Of a stretch of 64,000 nt of DNA, positions 47,008 to 56,338 are shown piece after piece (position 1 is the stretch's first letter; the number at the start of each line of letters is the position of its first letter). The notes beneath the pieces are model-generated. The model was not told the DNA's origin. It saw only the letters and a program-made list of their open reading frames with translations, and made no database searches. The position numbers were made by a program, and so were the translations under genes. The stretch covers positions 3,232,001 through 3,296,000 of the forward strand of contig OY782041.1 of assembly GCA_963677595.1 (NCBI GenBank). The letters run 5' to 3'. The DNA is from Spirochaetia bacterium. GTDB lineage: Bacteria; Spirochaetota; Spirochaetia; CAKZLE01.

Positions 47008-48342
47008 ATGGCACAAGAGACTACAAGAGGAATGGATCTCTTCATGGAGATACAGGATGCGATGGGGACGATCGGCCCTTGGCAGGCTGAGCGGAAGGCT
47101 ACTCGCAAGGTCATCAAGCGATTAGTGAGTATCCTTGATACGAACGTTGATGATCCGAGGATGCAAGGGAAGGTCGCCTATCCTCTTTCGGAGATCATCG
47201 TATTGTCATTCTTCGCTGTCTTGGGGGGCGCAGTCACCTTTCAGGACATGGAAGCCATGTGCACATACAAAGAGAAGTATTTTCGTCAGTTCCTTCCCCT
47301 GAAGTCAGGGATTCCGTCACATGATACCTTCTGCAGGGTCTTCTCCCTCATCGATATGGGACAACTCAATGATGCCTTGGTGCTGTTCGTCATGCAGGCC
47401 ATGGAAGACCTGCGAAAGGCTTTGAAGATACCGGAACCTCTGCTGAAGCAGATATGTGTGGATGGGAAGGAGGCTCGAGGATCTGGTCGGATGACGAATG
47501 CAGAAGGAACAACGATCCGGAATATTCAGACGTTGCATGTCTACTCCTCCTATAACGGAATCTGTCTGAAGTCGGTGCAGATAGATCAGAAATCCAATGA
47601 GATCCCCAAAGCACAGGAGGTCTTGTCCACGATGGACTTACGAGGGACTCTGGTCTCATTCGATGCCTTGAATACGCAGAAAGGGACGATCGATGTCATC
47701 ATCGAAGGGAAAGGGCACTATCTTGGTGGATTGAAAGGGAATCAGAAGACACTCCTGGAGGAGAGCGCTGCCTATTTCACCCCTGAATACCTCCAACAGG
47801 CGGAGAATGATCCTGATAGATATTACCGGACGATGGAGAAAGCTCATGGGCAGATGGAAGAGTGCGTCTATACGGTAGCAAACGTGAAAGCGAAAGATCG
47901 CTGTTTCTTCTCTGACTGGGCAGGGATCAAAGCGGTGATACGGTTTGATAAGCGTACCGAAAAGATCAATACCGGGAAGAAGACTCAGGAGACTCGGTAT
48001 TACATCACCAGTCTCGATGGCGATGCTCAGATCTGCGGAAAAGCGATCCGGGAACATTGGCAGGTCGAGAATTCCCTGCATGGGTTCCTGGATGTGATGT
48101 TCTATGATGATGAGAATACTACGGTCAATCGTACGGCTAGCGGCAATCTGTCGCTGGTAAAGAAGATGACCCTTTCTCTGTATAAGATGATGAAGCCCCT
48201 TGAGAATTCGAAGACGCTCAGTCAGATCAAGAGAGGCTTCCATTGGGCCTATGAGGACGTTCTTGAGAGGATGTTGAGTATGTGTGATAACCGGACTATT
48301 CGCACCGCATTAGATGAGTCCTTGCAGAAACAGAAGAAATAA
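47008..48342 (+). CDS. ISAs1-family transposase
   Basis: DPR, GIPSHDTFCRVF, VDGK, KSNEIP, DALNTQK, LKGNQ, IREHWQVENSLH; GGAGG RBS within the end of the upstream ORF. Confidence 0.95.
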   Translation: MAQETTRGMDLFMEIQDAMGTIGPWQAERKATRKVIKRLVSILDTNVDDPRMQGKVAYPLSEIIVLSFFAVLGGAVTFQDMEAMCTYKEKYFRQFLPLKSGIPSHDTFCRVFSLIDMGQLNDALVLFVMQAMEDLRKALKIPEPLLKQICVDGKEARGSGRMTNAEGTTIRNIQTLHVYSSYNGICLKSVQIDQKSNEIPKAQEVLSTMDLRGTLVSFDALNTQKGTIDVIIEGKGHYLGGLKGNQKTLLEESAAYFTPEYLQQAENDPDRYYRTMEKAHGQMEECVYTVANVKAKDRCFFSDWAGIKAVIRFDKRTEKINTGKKTQETRYYITSLDGDAQICGKAIREHWQVENSLHGFLDVMFYDDENTTVNRTASGNLSLVKKMTLSLYKMMKPLENSKTLSQIKRGFHWAYEDVLERMLSMCDNRTIRTALDESLQKQKK

Positions 48343-48380
48343 GAGTTCTCATAAGAAATTCACAGCCCCTTCCTCAATCT

Positions 48381-48418
48381 CCCCTCCCGATAGGTACTGC
48401 TTCAGGCATCGGGAGGGG
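48381..48418 (+). terminator. Hairpin in the IS 3' non-coding region
   Basis: CCCCTCCCGAT / ATCGGGAGGGG 11-bp stem followed by gctcttt. Confidence 0.6.
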
Positions 48419-48605
48419 GCTCTTTGTCAGAGGATGATCATTTTCCTGATTTGAACCATTCATTCCCTGCGATTATTCAGATTCGTGATCCTGCCCTCAG
48501 AGTGTACGCGATTTCATGCGTTTGTCCTGCTGCTTCGGTACAAACAGTCGTCAACATCCTGTTATGCTGGTATACTATCAGCAGGTTCCCCTGCAGGAGT
48601 TGAAG

Positions 48606-49358
48606 ATGATCGATACAGACAGGATTGATTCACTGAATAGGATACTGGATGGGTATAGGCCGTTACCGGCAGAGATCGTTGAGAACCTGTATGCGGACCT
48701 GGTCCTGCGATGGACTTACCATTCCAATGCGATCGAAGGGAATACCCTGACACTTGATGAGACCCGTCGTGTGCTTGCAGGGGAGCGCATACCGGGAAAG
48801 ACTCCTGGTGAGCACCAGGAAGCGCTCAACCACCGGGAAGCGATCCATTATATTCACTCACTCATCCAACGGGGTGAACCCCTCTCCGAATGGCAGGTCA
48901 AGACGATCCACCAGCTAATTCTCAAGCAGGTCGATGATGAGCATGCAGGTGTCTACAGGAACACGAACGTGATCATCTCCGGAGCGGACCATGTGCCGCC
49001 TGATGCCCTGCAGGTGCCGGGTGAGATGCAGGGGGTCATGTCCTGGTATCGTGAGCAGGCCCAATCGCTGCACCCCGTACAGCGGGCTGCCAGGCTCCAT
49101 ACAGATTTCGTGGGGATCCACCCCTTCGTAGATGGGAACGGCAGGACTGCCAGGCTGCTGATGAACCTGGAACTGATGCGCTGCGGGTACCCTCCGGTAG
49201 TCATCCCGGTTGCCAGGCGGTTGGAGTATTACCAGGCGCTCGACCATGCCCATATGACAGGAGACCACAGCCTCTTCGATTCCTTGCTGGGAGAACTTGC
49301 CATCGAGAGCTTCAGGCCGTACTGGCATGCCCTCGGACTCCCTTGGGAGGATCTTTAG
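48606..49358 (+). CDS. Fic-family protein (class II, N-terminal inhibitory motif)
   Basis: HPFVDGNGRTAR catalytic motif; SNAIEGN inhibitory motif; AGGAG RBS before ATG 48606. Confidence 0.9.
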   Translation: MIDTDRIDSLNRILDGYRPLPAEIVENLYADLVLRWTYHSNAIEGNTLTLDETRRVLAGERIPGKTPGEHQEALNHREAIHYIHSLIQRGEPLSEWQVKTIHQLILKQVDDEHAGVYRNTNVIISGADHVPPDALQVPGEMQGVMSWYREQAQSLHPVQRAARLHTDFVGIHPFVDGNGRTARLLMNLELMRCGYPPVVIPVARRLEYYQALDHAHMTGDHSLFDSLLGELAIESFRPYWHALGLPWEDL

Positions 49359-49720
49359 TACAGTTCCCTGATGACCTCGACCAGCTCATCTACGGATAGC
49401 CCGAGCTTGCGGTAGTACTCCACATCCTTCTTCAGCCTGTCCATGACCATGGAATCACGCTTGTCATTCAGTTCAGGAGCAGAGAGGGGGGCGACGAAGC
49501 TGCCCCTGCCCACCACGGTGTAGATGAACCCGCCGCGTTCGAGGAGCTCCCAGGCCTTCTTGACGGTGATGATGCTCACTCGCAGCTCCTTGGCAGTCGT
49601 CCTGATCGGGGGGAGGGCAGCATCGCTCTCGAGCTCACCCCTGATGATCTGGGAGGAGAGCTGCTCGAAGATCTGCTGGTAGATCGGGTGCTCCGACGTG
49701 TTCGATAGTACGATCTTCAT
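49355..49720 (-). CDS. GntR-family (YtrA subfamily) regulator
   Basis: PIYQQI, LPPIR-x-x-AKELRVSIITVKKA, GRGSFV; 121 aa. Confidence 0.9.
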   Translation of the reverse strand: MKIVLSNTSEHPIYQQIFEQLSSQIIRGELESDAALPPIRTTAKELRVSIITVKKAWELLERGGFIYTVVGRGSFVAPLSAPELNDKRDSMVMDRLKKDVEYYRKLGLSVDELVEVIRELY

Positions 49721-50358
49721 CAGATGTCCACTTCCGAGAATCTCGAGCTCGAGACCCGGTATGCGATCCAGGTCAGGATAACGAAGATCCCCATGCCGAG
49801 GAGCAGCGTGACTGCCTGGGCAGGGCTATTGTGCTCCATGGCGCGCTCGAACCCATCGCTGATGATCAGGAACATCTCGACTGCCAAAGCGAAGAGGATC
49901 ACGACGACGTTCGCGATGATGACCGGGACGCCGAATTTGTAGCCGGTCTTGAAGAACATCGGGAAGAGGATGATGTTGAAGATCCCGTAGATGAGGAAGA
50001 CGAAGCCGAAATAAGCAGCGTTGAGGTCGAAGGCGAAGTTCGGCAGGTGGTAGAGCAGGTGGTTGCATACGGCGAAGATCGCAGCGAAGGCGATGTGGAG
50101 GAGTTCGAGCACAGCGACCGAGCCGATCCTGGCCTTGACGATATCGTCCTTGCTGATCGGCAGCAGGGCCGAGAAGTTGAGGTCATAGTTCGCCCTATAG
50201 CCGCTGAACATGTTCGGGATCGAGGTGAAGCAGAAGTAGAGGGGGACAAGGAAGTAGATCCACTGCGGGATGAGCATCAGCAGCCCGAAGATCGCCGATC
50301 CATAGATGAAGAACGGCGGTATGGCAAGCCGGAATTCCTTATAGAGCAGATTGTACAT
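49720..50358 (-). CDS. ABC-2 transporter permease
   Basis: NLLYKEF, LPISKDDIVKAR, about six TM helices. Confidence 0.85.
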   Translation of the reverse strand: MYNLLYKEFRLAIPPFFIYGSAIFGLLMLIPQWIYFLVPLYFCFTSIPNMFSGYRANYDLNFSALLPISKDDIVKARIGSVAVLELLHIAFAAIFAVCNHLLYHLPNFAFDLNAAYFGFVFLIYGIFNIILFPMFFKTGYKFGVPVIIANVVVILFALAVEMFLIISDGFERAMEHNSPAQAVTLLLGMGIFVILTWIAYRVSSSRFSEVDI

Positions 50359-51214
50359 CAGCATACTCCTTTCGTGCGTAATAGATCATGATATCCTCCA
50401 GGGTCGGCACCTCGAAGGTGAGGGAGGAAGCAGAGAGGGAATCCCGGTCACGCTGGTGCAGGAGGCCGGAGAACCCGAACTGGTTCTTCCTGCAGGAGAT
50501 GAGGCTTCCCTCCAGTCCAGCATCGAGCTGGTCTGCCGTGCCCTTCACCACCGAATAGGCTCCGATGAAATCATCCCTCGTGGCACTGGCGATGATCTCC
50601 CCCTCATGGATATAGGTGATGTAGTCGGCGCACTTCTCGAGGTCGCTCGTGATGTGGGTCGAGAAGATGACGCTCCGTTCCCCGTCCTCGACGAGCTGCT
50701 GGAAGATCTCGAGCAGCTCGTCCCGAGCCGCCGGGTCGAGCCCGCTGGTAGGTTCATCGAGGATGAAGAGCTTCGCGTGGTGGGATAAGGCGAGGGCAAG
50801 GGAGTACTTGGTCCGCATCCCTGCAGACAGCTCGCTGATCCGCTTTGTCTGGTCTATCTTGAAGAGCCTGCAGTAGCTCTCGTAGCGCACGTCATCCCAA
50901 TGGGAATAGAACCGCTTCACCACGCTGGTGATCGTCCGTACCTGGCTCTTGGGGTAGAAGGTCATATCACCGAAGAGGACCCCGAGATCGTTCTTCAACT
51001 CGATCTCATGGGAAGTGAACTCCTTCCCGAACATATGGACGCTCCCATGGTCGGGGTGGACCATGTTCAGCATCGATTTCAGGGTCGTGGTCTTCCCGGC
51101 ACCGTTCATGCCGATGAAGCCCATGATGAACCCGGCATCGAGGGAGAAGGAGACATCCTTCAGCTCGAATGCGGGGTACTGCTTATGCAGGTTCTCAATT
51201 CTCAACAGTTCCAT
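50339..51214 (-). CDS. ABC transporter ATP-binding protein
   Basis: GMNGAGKTT, LSAGM, ILDEPTSGLD, STH. Confidence 0.92.
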   Translation of the reverse strand: MELLRIENLHKQYPAFELKDVSFSLDAGFIMGFIGMNGAGKTTTLKSMLNMVHPDHGSVHMFGKEFTSHEIELKNDLGVLFGDMTFYPKSQVRTITSVVKRFYSHWDDVRYESYCRLFKIDQTKRISELSAGMRTKYSLALALSHHAKLFILDEPTSGLDPAARDELLEIFQQLVEDGERSVIFSTHITSDLEKCADYITYIHEGEIIASATRDDFIGAYSVVKGTADQLDAGLEGSLISCRKNQFGFSGLLHQRDRDSLSASSLTFEVPTLEDIMIYYARKEYADVQSAL

Positions 51215-51233
51215 AGAAAATCCTCCCTGACAC

Positions 51234-51260
51234 TATTGTGTCTATTGAGTATACACAATA
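51234..51260. promoter_or_regulatory. Candidate YtrA-type operator
   Basis: TATTGTGT-ctattgagtat-ACACAATA dyad just upstream of the ABC-GntR operon. Confidence 0.65.
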
Positions 51261-51386
51261 TAACTCTGAATTCGTGAGACGTCAAGGGTTGGAGGATAAA
51301 AAAACTCAGGGGCTATTCACTACCCCGGTTGTACGAATCGGGAAAACCCCGTACTATGGACCTGCAAAGGGGAGAGGGAGTAGAGG

Positions 51387-52322
51387 ATGAACAGACTATC
51401 GTTACCGACGATCGCAGGACTGGCAGCCATGCTGCTGTGCTGGACCATGACCCCGCTGGCGATCACCTACGTGAAGGAGCACTTCTCACTGCTCTTCCAG
51501 ATCTGGCTGCGCTATTTCAGCTCCTTCGTGTTCCTCTGGGTCCTGGCTTCCCGGCAGAAGGACTTCAGGAAGGATGTGGCAGCTGCCCTCAGACACAAGG
51601 GCAGGTTCCTGCTCATGACTATATCGGCGGCGCTGCTGACCTTAGGCTTCCAGCTGCTGTACACCTACTGCTTCTTCCTCGTGACCCCTACCTTCGGCAT
51701 CCTGCTCTACGAGAGCCAGGTGCTGTTCGCCCTGCTGTGGGGCATGATCTTCTTCCAATCCGAGCGGCACCTCATGAAACAGCCCGGCATCATCGCCGGG
51801 ATCCTGATGGCTGTGGCGGGAGCCGCTGCCGTCATCATCTTCCGAAGCGGCGGGATCACCGTCGACGTGAATATCGGGATCCTGATGGCCCTCGGTGCGG
51901 CTGTCTGCTGGTCCTTCCTCGGGGTGGTGCTGAACAAGGGCGGGAGCGGGACGACCTTCTCGCCCCTGTTCGTCATCGCGACCGTCTTCACCCTGGTCGT
52001 CATCTTCCTCGGCCCCGTGCTCTTCTTCACGGGAGCACCCCACATCACCGAGCCGGAGGGCAGTCACTGGTTCGTGCTCATCGGTTCAGGGATGCTCGGG
52101 ATCGCTGCAGGGCAGGGGATCTACTACAGCCTCCTGCCGAAGACGGGCATCGTGGTCATCGCCTCGGTACAGCTGCTCGTACCTCTGCTCACAGGGATAG
52201 CATCATTCCTCCTCTTCGCTGAGCGGCTCACGGTACTCCAGCTCGTCGGGGGAGCTGTTCTCCTCTCCGGGGCACAGCTGATCCTCAAGCAGAAGGCGAA
52301 GGACAGCCTAGGTCAGGACTGA
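51387..52322 (+). CDS. DMT/EamA-family transporter
   Basis: About 10 TM helices in two EamA-like halves; 'LFAERLT-x-LQLVGG'. Confidence 0.85.
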   Translation: MNRLSLPTIAGLAAMLLCWTMTPLAITYVKEHFSLLFQIWLRYFSSFVFLWVLASRQKDFRKDVAAALRHKGRFLLMTISAALLTLGFQLLYTYCFFLVTPTFGILLYESQVLFALLWGMIFFQSERHLMKQPGIIAGILMAVAGAAAVIIFRSGGITVDVNIGILMALGAAVCWSFLGVVLNKGGSGTTFSPLFVIATVFTLVVIFLGPVLFFTGAPHITEPEGSHWFVLIGSGMLGIAAGQGIYYSLLPKTGIVVIASVQLLVPLLTGIASFLLFAERLTVLQLVGGAVLLSGAQLILKQKAKDSLGQD

Positions 52323-52381
52323 AATCACCGCCACAACGATACACTTTCTCCCCAGCATGCCCTATAATCATATGGTAGGGG

Positions 52382-53197
52382 ATGAGCATGGCAAAGAAGA
52401 CGGAATGGAACGACTACCGCATCATCGACGTCGACGAGGAGACGAAAGAATCATACTGTGTCTGCCTCGAGGGGTGGTCTGAGGAGATGCAGGAAGCAGG
52501 GGACCGCAAGTGCCTCTGGTATGAACAGATGAAGGACAAGGGGCTCGGGGTGAAGCTGGTCCAGGATGAGACCGGGGTAATCAGCGGGATGATTCAGTAT
52601 ATCCCGTCGGAGTATGCCCCGATCGAGGGGGACGGGCTCTACTACATCTACTGCATCTGGGTCCACGGACATACGCAGGGCATCGGGGACAAGCGGAAGA
52701 AAGGACTCGGGACCGCGCTCCTGCAGGCAGCAGAGGATGATATCAAGGCAAGGGGGGCCGCAGGGATCGTCACCTGGGGCATCACCCTCCCGTTCTGGAT
52801 GCGTGCGGCCTGGTACCGGAAGCACGGGTACCGTGTGGTCCAGAGGGATTCGATGAGCCGCCTGCTCTTCAAACCCCTGAGAGAAGATGCTTCTCCCCCG
52901 AGATGGTATACCCCGAAGAAGAAGGATATCCCCGAGAAGGGGGTGCTCGTGACCTCGGTCGTCAATGGCATCTGCCCGGGGATGAACCTCGCGAACCTCA
53001 GGGCGAAGGAGGTCGTCGAGGAGTACAGCACGGGAGTCACCTTCCGGGAGATCGTCACCGACGACCCGGCCGTTATGCGTGAGTGGGGCATCAGTGATGC
53101 CCTCTATGTGAACGGGAAGACCTTCATGCTCGGACCTGCCCTGCAGAAGAACAAGCTCAGGAAGATGATAGACAAGGAGATGAGACAGAACAGGTGA
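52382..53197 (+). CDS. GNAT-family acetyltransferase with thioredoxin-like C-terminus
   Basis: GMIQYIP, IYCIWV, RKKGLGTALL, WYRKHGY. Confidence 0.8.
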   Translation: MSMAKKTEWNDYRIIDVDEETKESYCVCLEGWSEEMQEAGDRKCLWYEQMKDKGLGVKLVQDETGVISGMIQYIPSEYAPIEGDGLYYIYCIWVHGHTQGIGDKRKKGLGTALLQAAEDDIKARGAAGIVTWGITLPFWMRAAWYRKHGYRVVQRDSMSRLLFKPLREDASPPRWYTPKKKDIPEKGVLVTSVVNGICPGMNLANLRAKEVVEEYSTGVTFREIVTDDPAVMREWGISDALYVNGKTFMLGPALQKNKLRKMIDKEMRQNR

Positions 53198-53209
53198 GGA
53201 AGTGTGTAC

Positions 53210-53539
53210 TCACAACTCCCTGCCGGTCTCCACGATCTCAGCCTCCAAGGTGACAGGGATCTCTGCTCGCTGCCTGAAGGTTTCCCTGTCATAAACCAGG
53301 AGATCTATCGGCAGGTTCAGAATAGGATGGATCTTATTCAGGATCATACGACTGAAAACCCGTAACTGAGAAGCTGATGCATCTATGATGACACAGAGGT
53401 CAATATCACTATCCTTACTGAAGTTCCCCGAAGCATAAGAACCGAATACAATGATCCGGGCACCGGCAGCATCCTGTCTGATACAGGCAGCTGTCTTCTT
53501 CAGGAGTTCATCCACATTCATTACCATACGATCGATCAT
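53210..53539 (-). CDS. Minimal nucleotidyltransferase (MNT); start uncertain
   Basis: IVFGSYASG...DSDIDL, IDLLV. Confidence 0.8.
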   Translation of the reverse strand: MIDRMVMNVDELLKKTAACIRQDAAGARIIVFGSYASGNFSKDSDIDLCVIIDASASQLRVFSRMILNKIHPILNLPIDLLVYDRETFRQRAEIPVTLEAEIVETGREL

Positions 53540-53757
53540 GGAATAATTGTAGCATATACATGAAATAACTTCGATACACAAAATACAAGACGCGCCATAC
53601 ATCATCTGTTGAAGGTAACACCCTGCAGGAGTTCATTCCATTATTTGCTATTATGCTATAAAAGGTATATACTGACATAGCAATTCACGGTTGAGTATGA
53701 GTAACATATGCAGGGACCTCTCTATAACGCAGCATAATACACTGAGGGTTTATGCAT

Positions 53758-54141
53758 ATGAGACTTATAGGGATCTTCCTGATGATACTCGGGATCGTGA
53801 TACTCGTCCTCCCGTTCTTTCTCGCTGAATATACTATATCCGCGGCAACTTCCAGCCAGGCCTCGCGGGTCATCGGGATCGTCATCCTCGTCGTCGGTGC
53901 CACCTCAGTCGTGAACCGGCAGCAGAGTGCCTATGTCCAGAAGAGACTCGTCGAGCGGTCGATCTATGAGCACGAGCTTGAACTCCTGAGACCTTTCGAG
54001 GCAGAGCTGTTCCAGACGGTCCTCGACTTCGGGACGCTGGAGGACGTCGACCCGGAACTGCAGATGATCGCACAGAAGGCTGAGGTGCGGCTCTCCACCG
54101 TCAGGAGACTCGCCGGGCGTGTCCTCGATATCACGCAGTAA
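53758..54141 (+). CDS. Hypothetical membrane protein
   Basis: Two hydrophobic helices; GAGGG RBS. Confidence 0.55.
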   Translation: MRLIGIFLMILGIVILVLPFFLAEYTISAATSSQASRVIGIVILVVGATSVVNRQQSAYVQKRLVERSIYEHELELLRPFEAELFQTVLDFGTLEDVDPELQMIAQKAEVRLSTVRRLAGRVLDITQ

Positions 54142-54245
54142 CATCTCATCTTCACTCGAACATATGATTCCAGTTGCCCTATCCTATGAAGGAATGTATG
54201 ATACATAAGAATACTAATCTCTTGCCTGCTATGGAGAACTCACGC

Positions 54246-55355
54246 ATGAAGTATATGATCCTGGTCACAGTTGCCCTCCTCATCCTGCTCACAGGCTGTG
54301 ACGGCCCGTTCCTCATCTCTTTCGAGGAGTATGAGGCTGACCCCTATGACGGGGAACTCTTATGGGAGACGACAGAAGCCCCTGCTCCCTGGTATAACCG
54401 CCAGGACCATGCCTCGATCGTCTTTGGTGGGGAGCTCTTCATCTTCGGCGGCTACGACTCGACTGCACGGGGCAGTCGGGACTGCTATCTGGAGGATGTC
54501 TGGAAGAGCCCGGACGGCTTCAGTTGGGAGCTGGTCACCGATGATGCACCCTGGAAGGGGAGGAGAGGCCACGCCGTCACCTCCTTCGACGGTTATATCT
54601 ACCTCACCGGCGGGTTTGCCGTTGACGAGATGACCGGGGCCCGGGGGTACAAGAACGATATCTGGCGGTCTGCAGATGGGGAGACTTGGGAACTCGTCTC
54701 CGATGCCGCTCCCTGGGGTGTGAGGATGAACCATGCGATGTATGCGACAGACGATGCCCTCTATATCGCGGGCGGTTTCTATGATGCCCATGCCTACCGC
54801 TCGGACATGTGGAAATATGACGGGGTGACCTGGATGCGGCTCAGTACGGACCTCCCCGGTGAACGGTCAGCCTTCGCCTCCTGTGTCGGGGATGACGGCC
54901 GTTTCTATCTGCAGGGAGGCTCCTTCTACGGGAGTTCCGAATCGACCAGCGGCAGGGCAGACCCCACCGTCCCCGGCTGGACGCGGCTGTGGGTCTTCGA
55001 CCCCGAAGACGAAGCGGCAGGCTGGATGCAGTTGGCGAACCCCTCAAGCAACGCGACGAGGAGGGCCGAGCATGTGCTCGTCCCCTTCGGCGGGAGGATC
55101 TGGCTGCTTGCTGGGAAGAGCAACAGCGGTTGGTGCTTCTCCCGCAACCGGGAGACCTTCTCCACCGAGGTCTATGACCCGGAAACGGACAGCTGGGTGA
55201 GCGACTCCGCAGGCTGCGGGTTCGACCCGCGATACAGCTATACTGCCGATGTACTGACCTGCCCCGATACGGATGAGCAGACGCTCCTCATCCTCGGGGG
55301 CTTCTCCAATGACGGACCGGAACATGACATCTGGTTCGTCGAGGGAGAGCAGTGA
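54246..55355 (+). CDS. Kelch-repeat beta-propeller lipoprotein
   Basis: Lipobox LTGC; repeated APW-x-x-R-x-x-H...GG...DVW units. Confidence 0.85.
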   Translation: MKYMILVTVALLILLTGCDGPFLISFEEYEADPYDGELLWETTEAPAPWYNRQDHASIVFGGELFIFGGYDSTARGSRDCYLEDVWKSPDGFSWELVTDDAPWKGRRGHAVTSFDGYIYLTGGFAVDEMTGARGYKNDIWRSADGETWELVSDAAPWGVRMNHAMYATDDALYIAGGFYDAHAYRSDMWKYDGVTWMRLSTDLPGERSAFASCVGDDGRFYLQGGSFYGSSESTSGRADPTVPGWTRLWVFDPEDEAAGWMQLANPSSNATRRAEHVLVPFGGRIWLLAGKSNSGWCFSRNRETFSTEVYDPETDSWVSDSAGCGFDPRYSYTADVLTCPDTDEQTLLILGGFSNDGPEHDIWFVEGEQ

Positions 55356-56332
55356 TGCACACAAGACGAATCATTATCGGCGTCCTCCTCTGCATGGTCC
55401 TGATGCCGGTACTCGCGGGCTCCAATGACCCGAAGCAGATCGGCTCCCTGCCGATCACCTATACCGGCATGCCCGATGACTTCCTCTACCCCTCCTACCT
55501 GAGTGACCCGCTGGCGGTGAACTCCCAGATCACGATCCGGGACTACCTCATCGATGAGATCAGGCCGCTCGAGGACGGGACCCAGCCCCATTTCGACATC
55601 ACGATCGGGACACGCTACAGCTTCATGCGGTTCTCCCCGGTCGGCAAGCCGGACCTGGGGATCGAGATGGACTGGGGGATGGCGCTCACCACCTTCATGA
55701 CCCAGGACCATACCGACTTCCTCGGGGTGGACGGGATCTACTACTTCGCGATCGGGATACGGCCCGTCGACTGGGCTGCCTTCCGCGTCACGCGGCACCA
55801 TATCTGCTCACATCTGGGTGACCAGCTCGAGACCGGTGGAGACGGCTCCCCCTATGTCGACTTTGACCTCTCCCCCCTGCTCAATGAGGGGACCTTCGTA
55901 CGGGATGACTATGTGGTGAGTGCCATGATCGAACCGCTGTTCATCCTGCAACCCGTATTTCCGCAGATCGCGCGGATCCTGCGGGTCTACGGGGACTACA
56001 GTCTCTATCTCCCGGGAAGCGACCTGCTCGGCTTCCGGCAGCTCACCCCCTCCCATTATGCCTATGAATGGTACCAGTACGGCATGGAGCTCGAACTGCC
56101 GATCTCAGGCGGGGAGCGGGGTTCCCTCTTCGCAGCCGGCCAGGTGAGCCGGTGGCAGGAGACCGCCTATGCGCCCAACATCAGCCTGCAGGCTGGTTAT
56201 ATCTTCCCGGAAGGGAAGACGGGACAGCGATGGAAGCTTGCTGTACAGTACTATGACGGGCAGTCTCTCTCGAATGATTTCCGTTACCGAAGGGCGATGT
56301 TCTCAGGCTTCGTCTTCACCATCGACAAGTAG
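55352..56332 (+). CDS. DUF1207-like secreted/outer-membrane protein
   Basis: Signal peptide; H-x-x-SHLGD motif; YYDG near the C-terminus. Confidence 0.6.
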   Translation: MMHTRRIIIGVLLCMVLMPVLAGSNDPKQIGSLPITYTGMPDDFLYPSYLSDPLAVNSQITIRDYLIDEIRPLEDGTQPHFDITIGTRYSFMRFSPVGKPDLGIEMDWGMALTTFMTQDHTDFLGVDGIYYFAIGIRPVDWAAFRVTRHHICSHLGDQLETGGDGSPYVDFDLSPLLNEGTFVRDDYVVSAMIEPLFILQPVFPQIARILRVYGDYSLYLPGSDLLGFRQLTPSHYAYEWYQYGMELELPISGGERGSLFAAGQVSRWQETAYAPNISLQAGYIFPEGKTGQRWKLAVQYYDGQSLSNDFRYRRAMFSGFVFTIDK

Positions 56333-56338
56333 CAGGGC

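Larger units (their letters stand above)
46244..48529 (+). mobile_element. ISAs1-family insertion sequence, 2286 bp, two ORFs
   Basis: Perfect 18-bp IRs CAGGACAAACGCATGAAA (46244-46261) and TTTCATGCGTTTGTCCTG (48512-48529); 10-bp direct repeat CTGCTTCGGT at 46234-46243 and 48530-48539. Confidence 0.95.

Noticed and set aside
48392-48407. IS hairpin loop contains CTGCTTC, the first 7 nt of the target duplication (bridge-RNA-like idea)
   Set aside because: A 7-nt match is plausible by chance and ISAs1 enzymes are DDE transposases. It would matter only if loop and target covary across other copies.
48516-48605. N-terminal extension of Fic starting inside the IS right end
   Set aside because: That ATG lies in the inverted repeat; ATG 48606 has a proper RBS and upstream TATACT.
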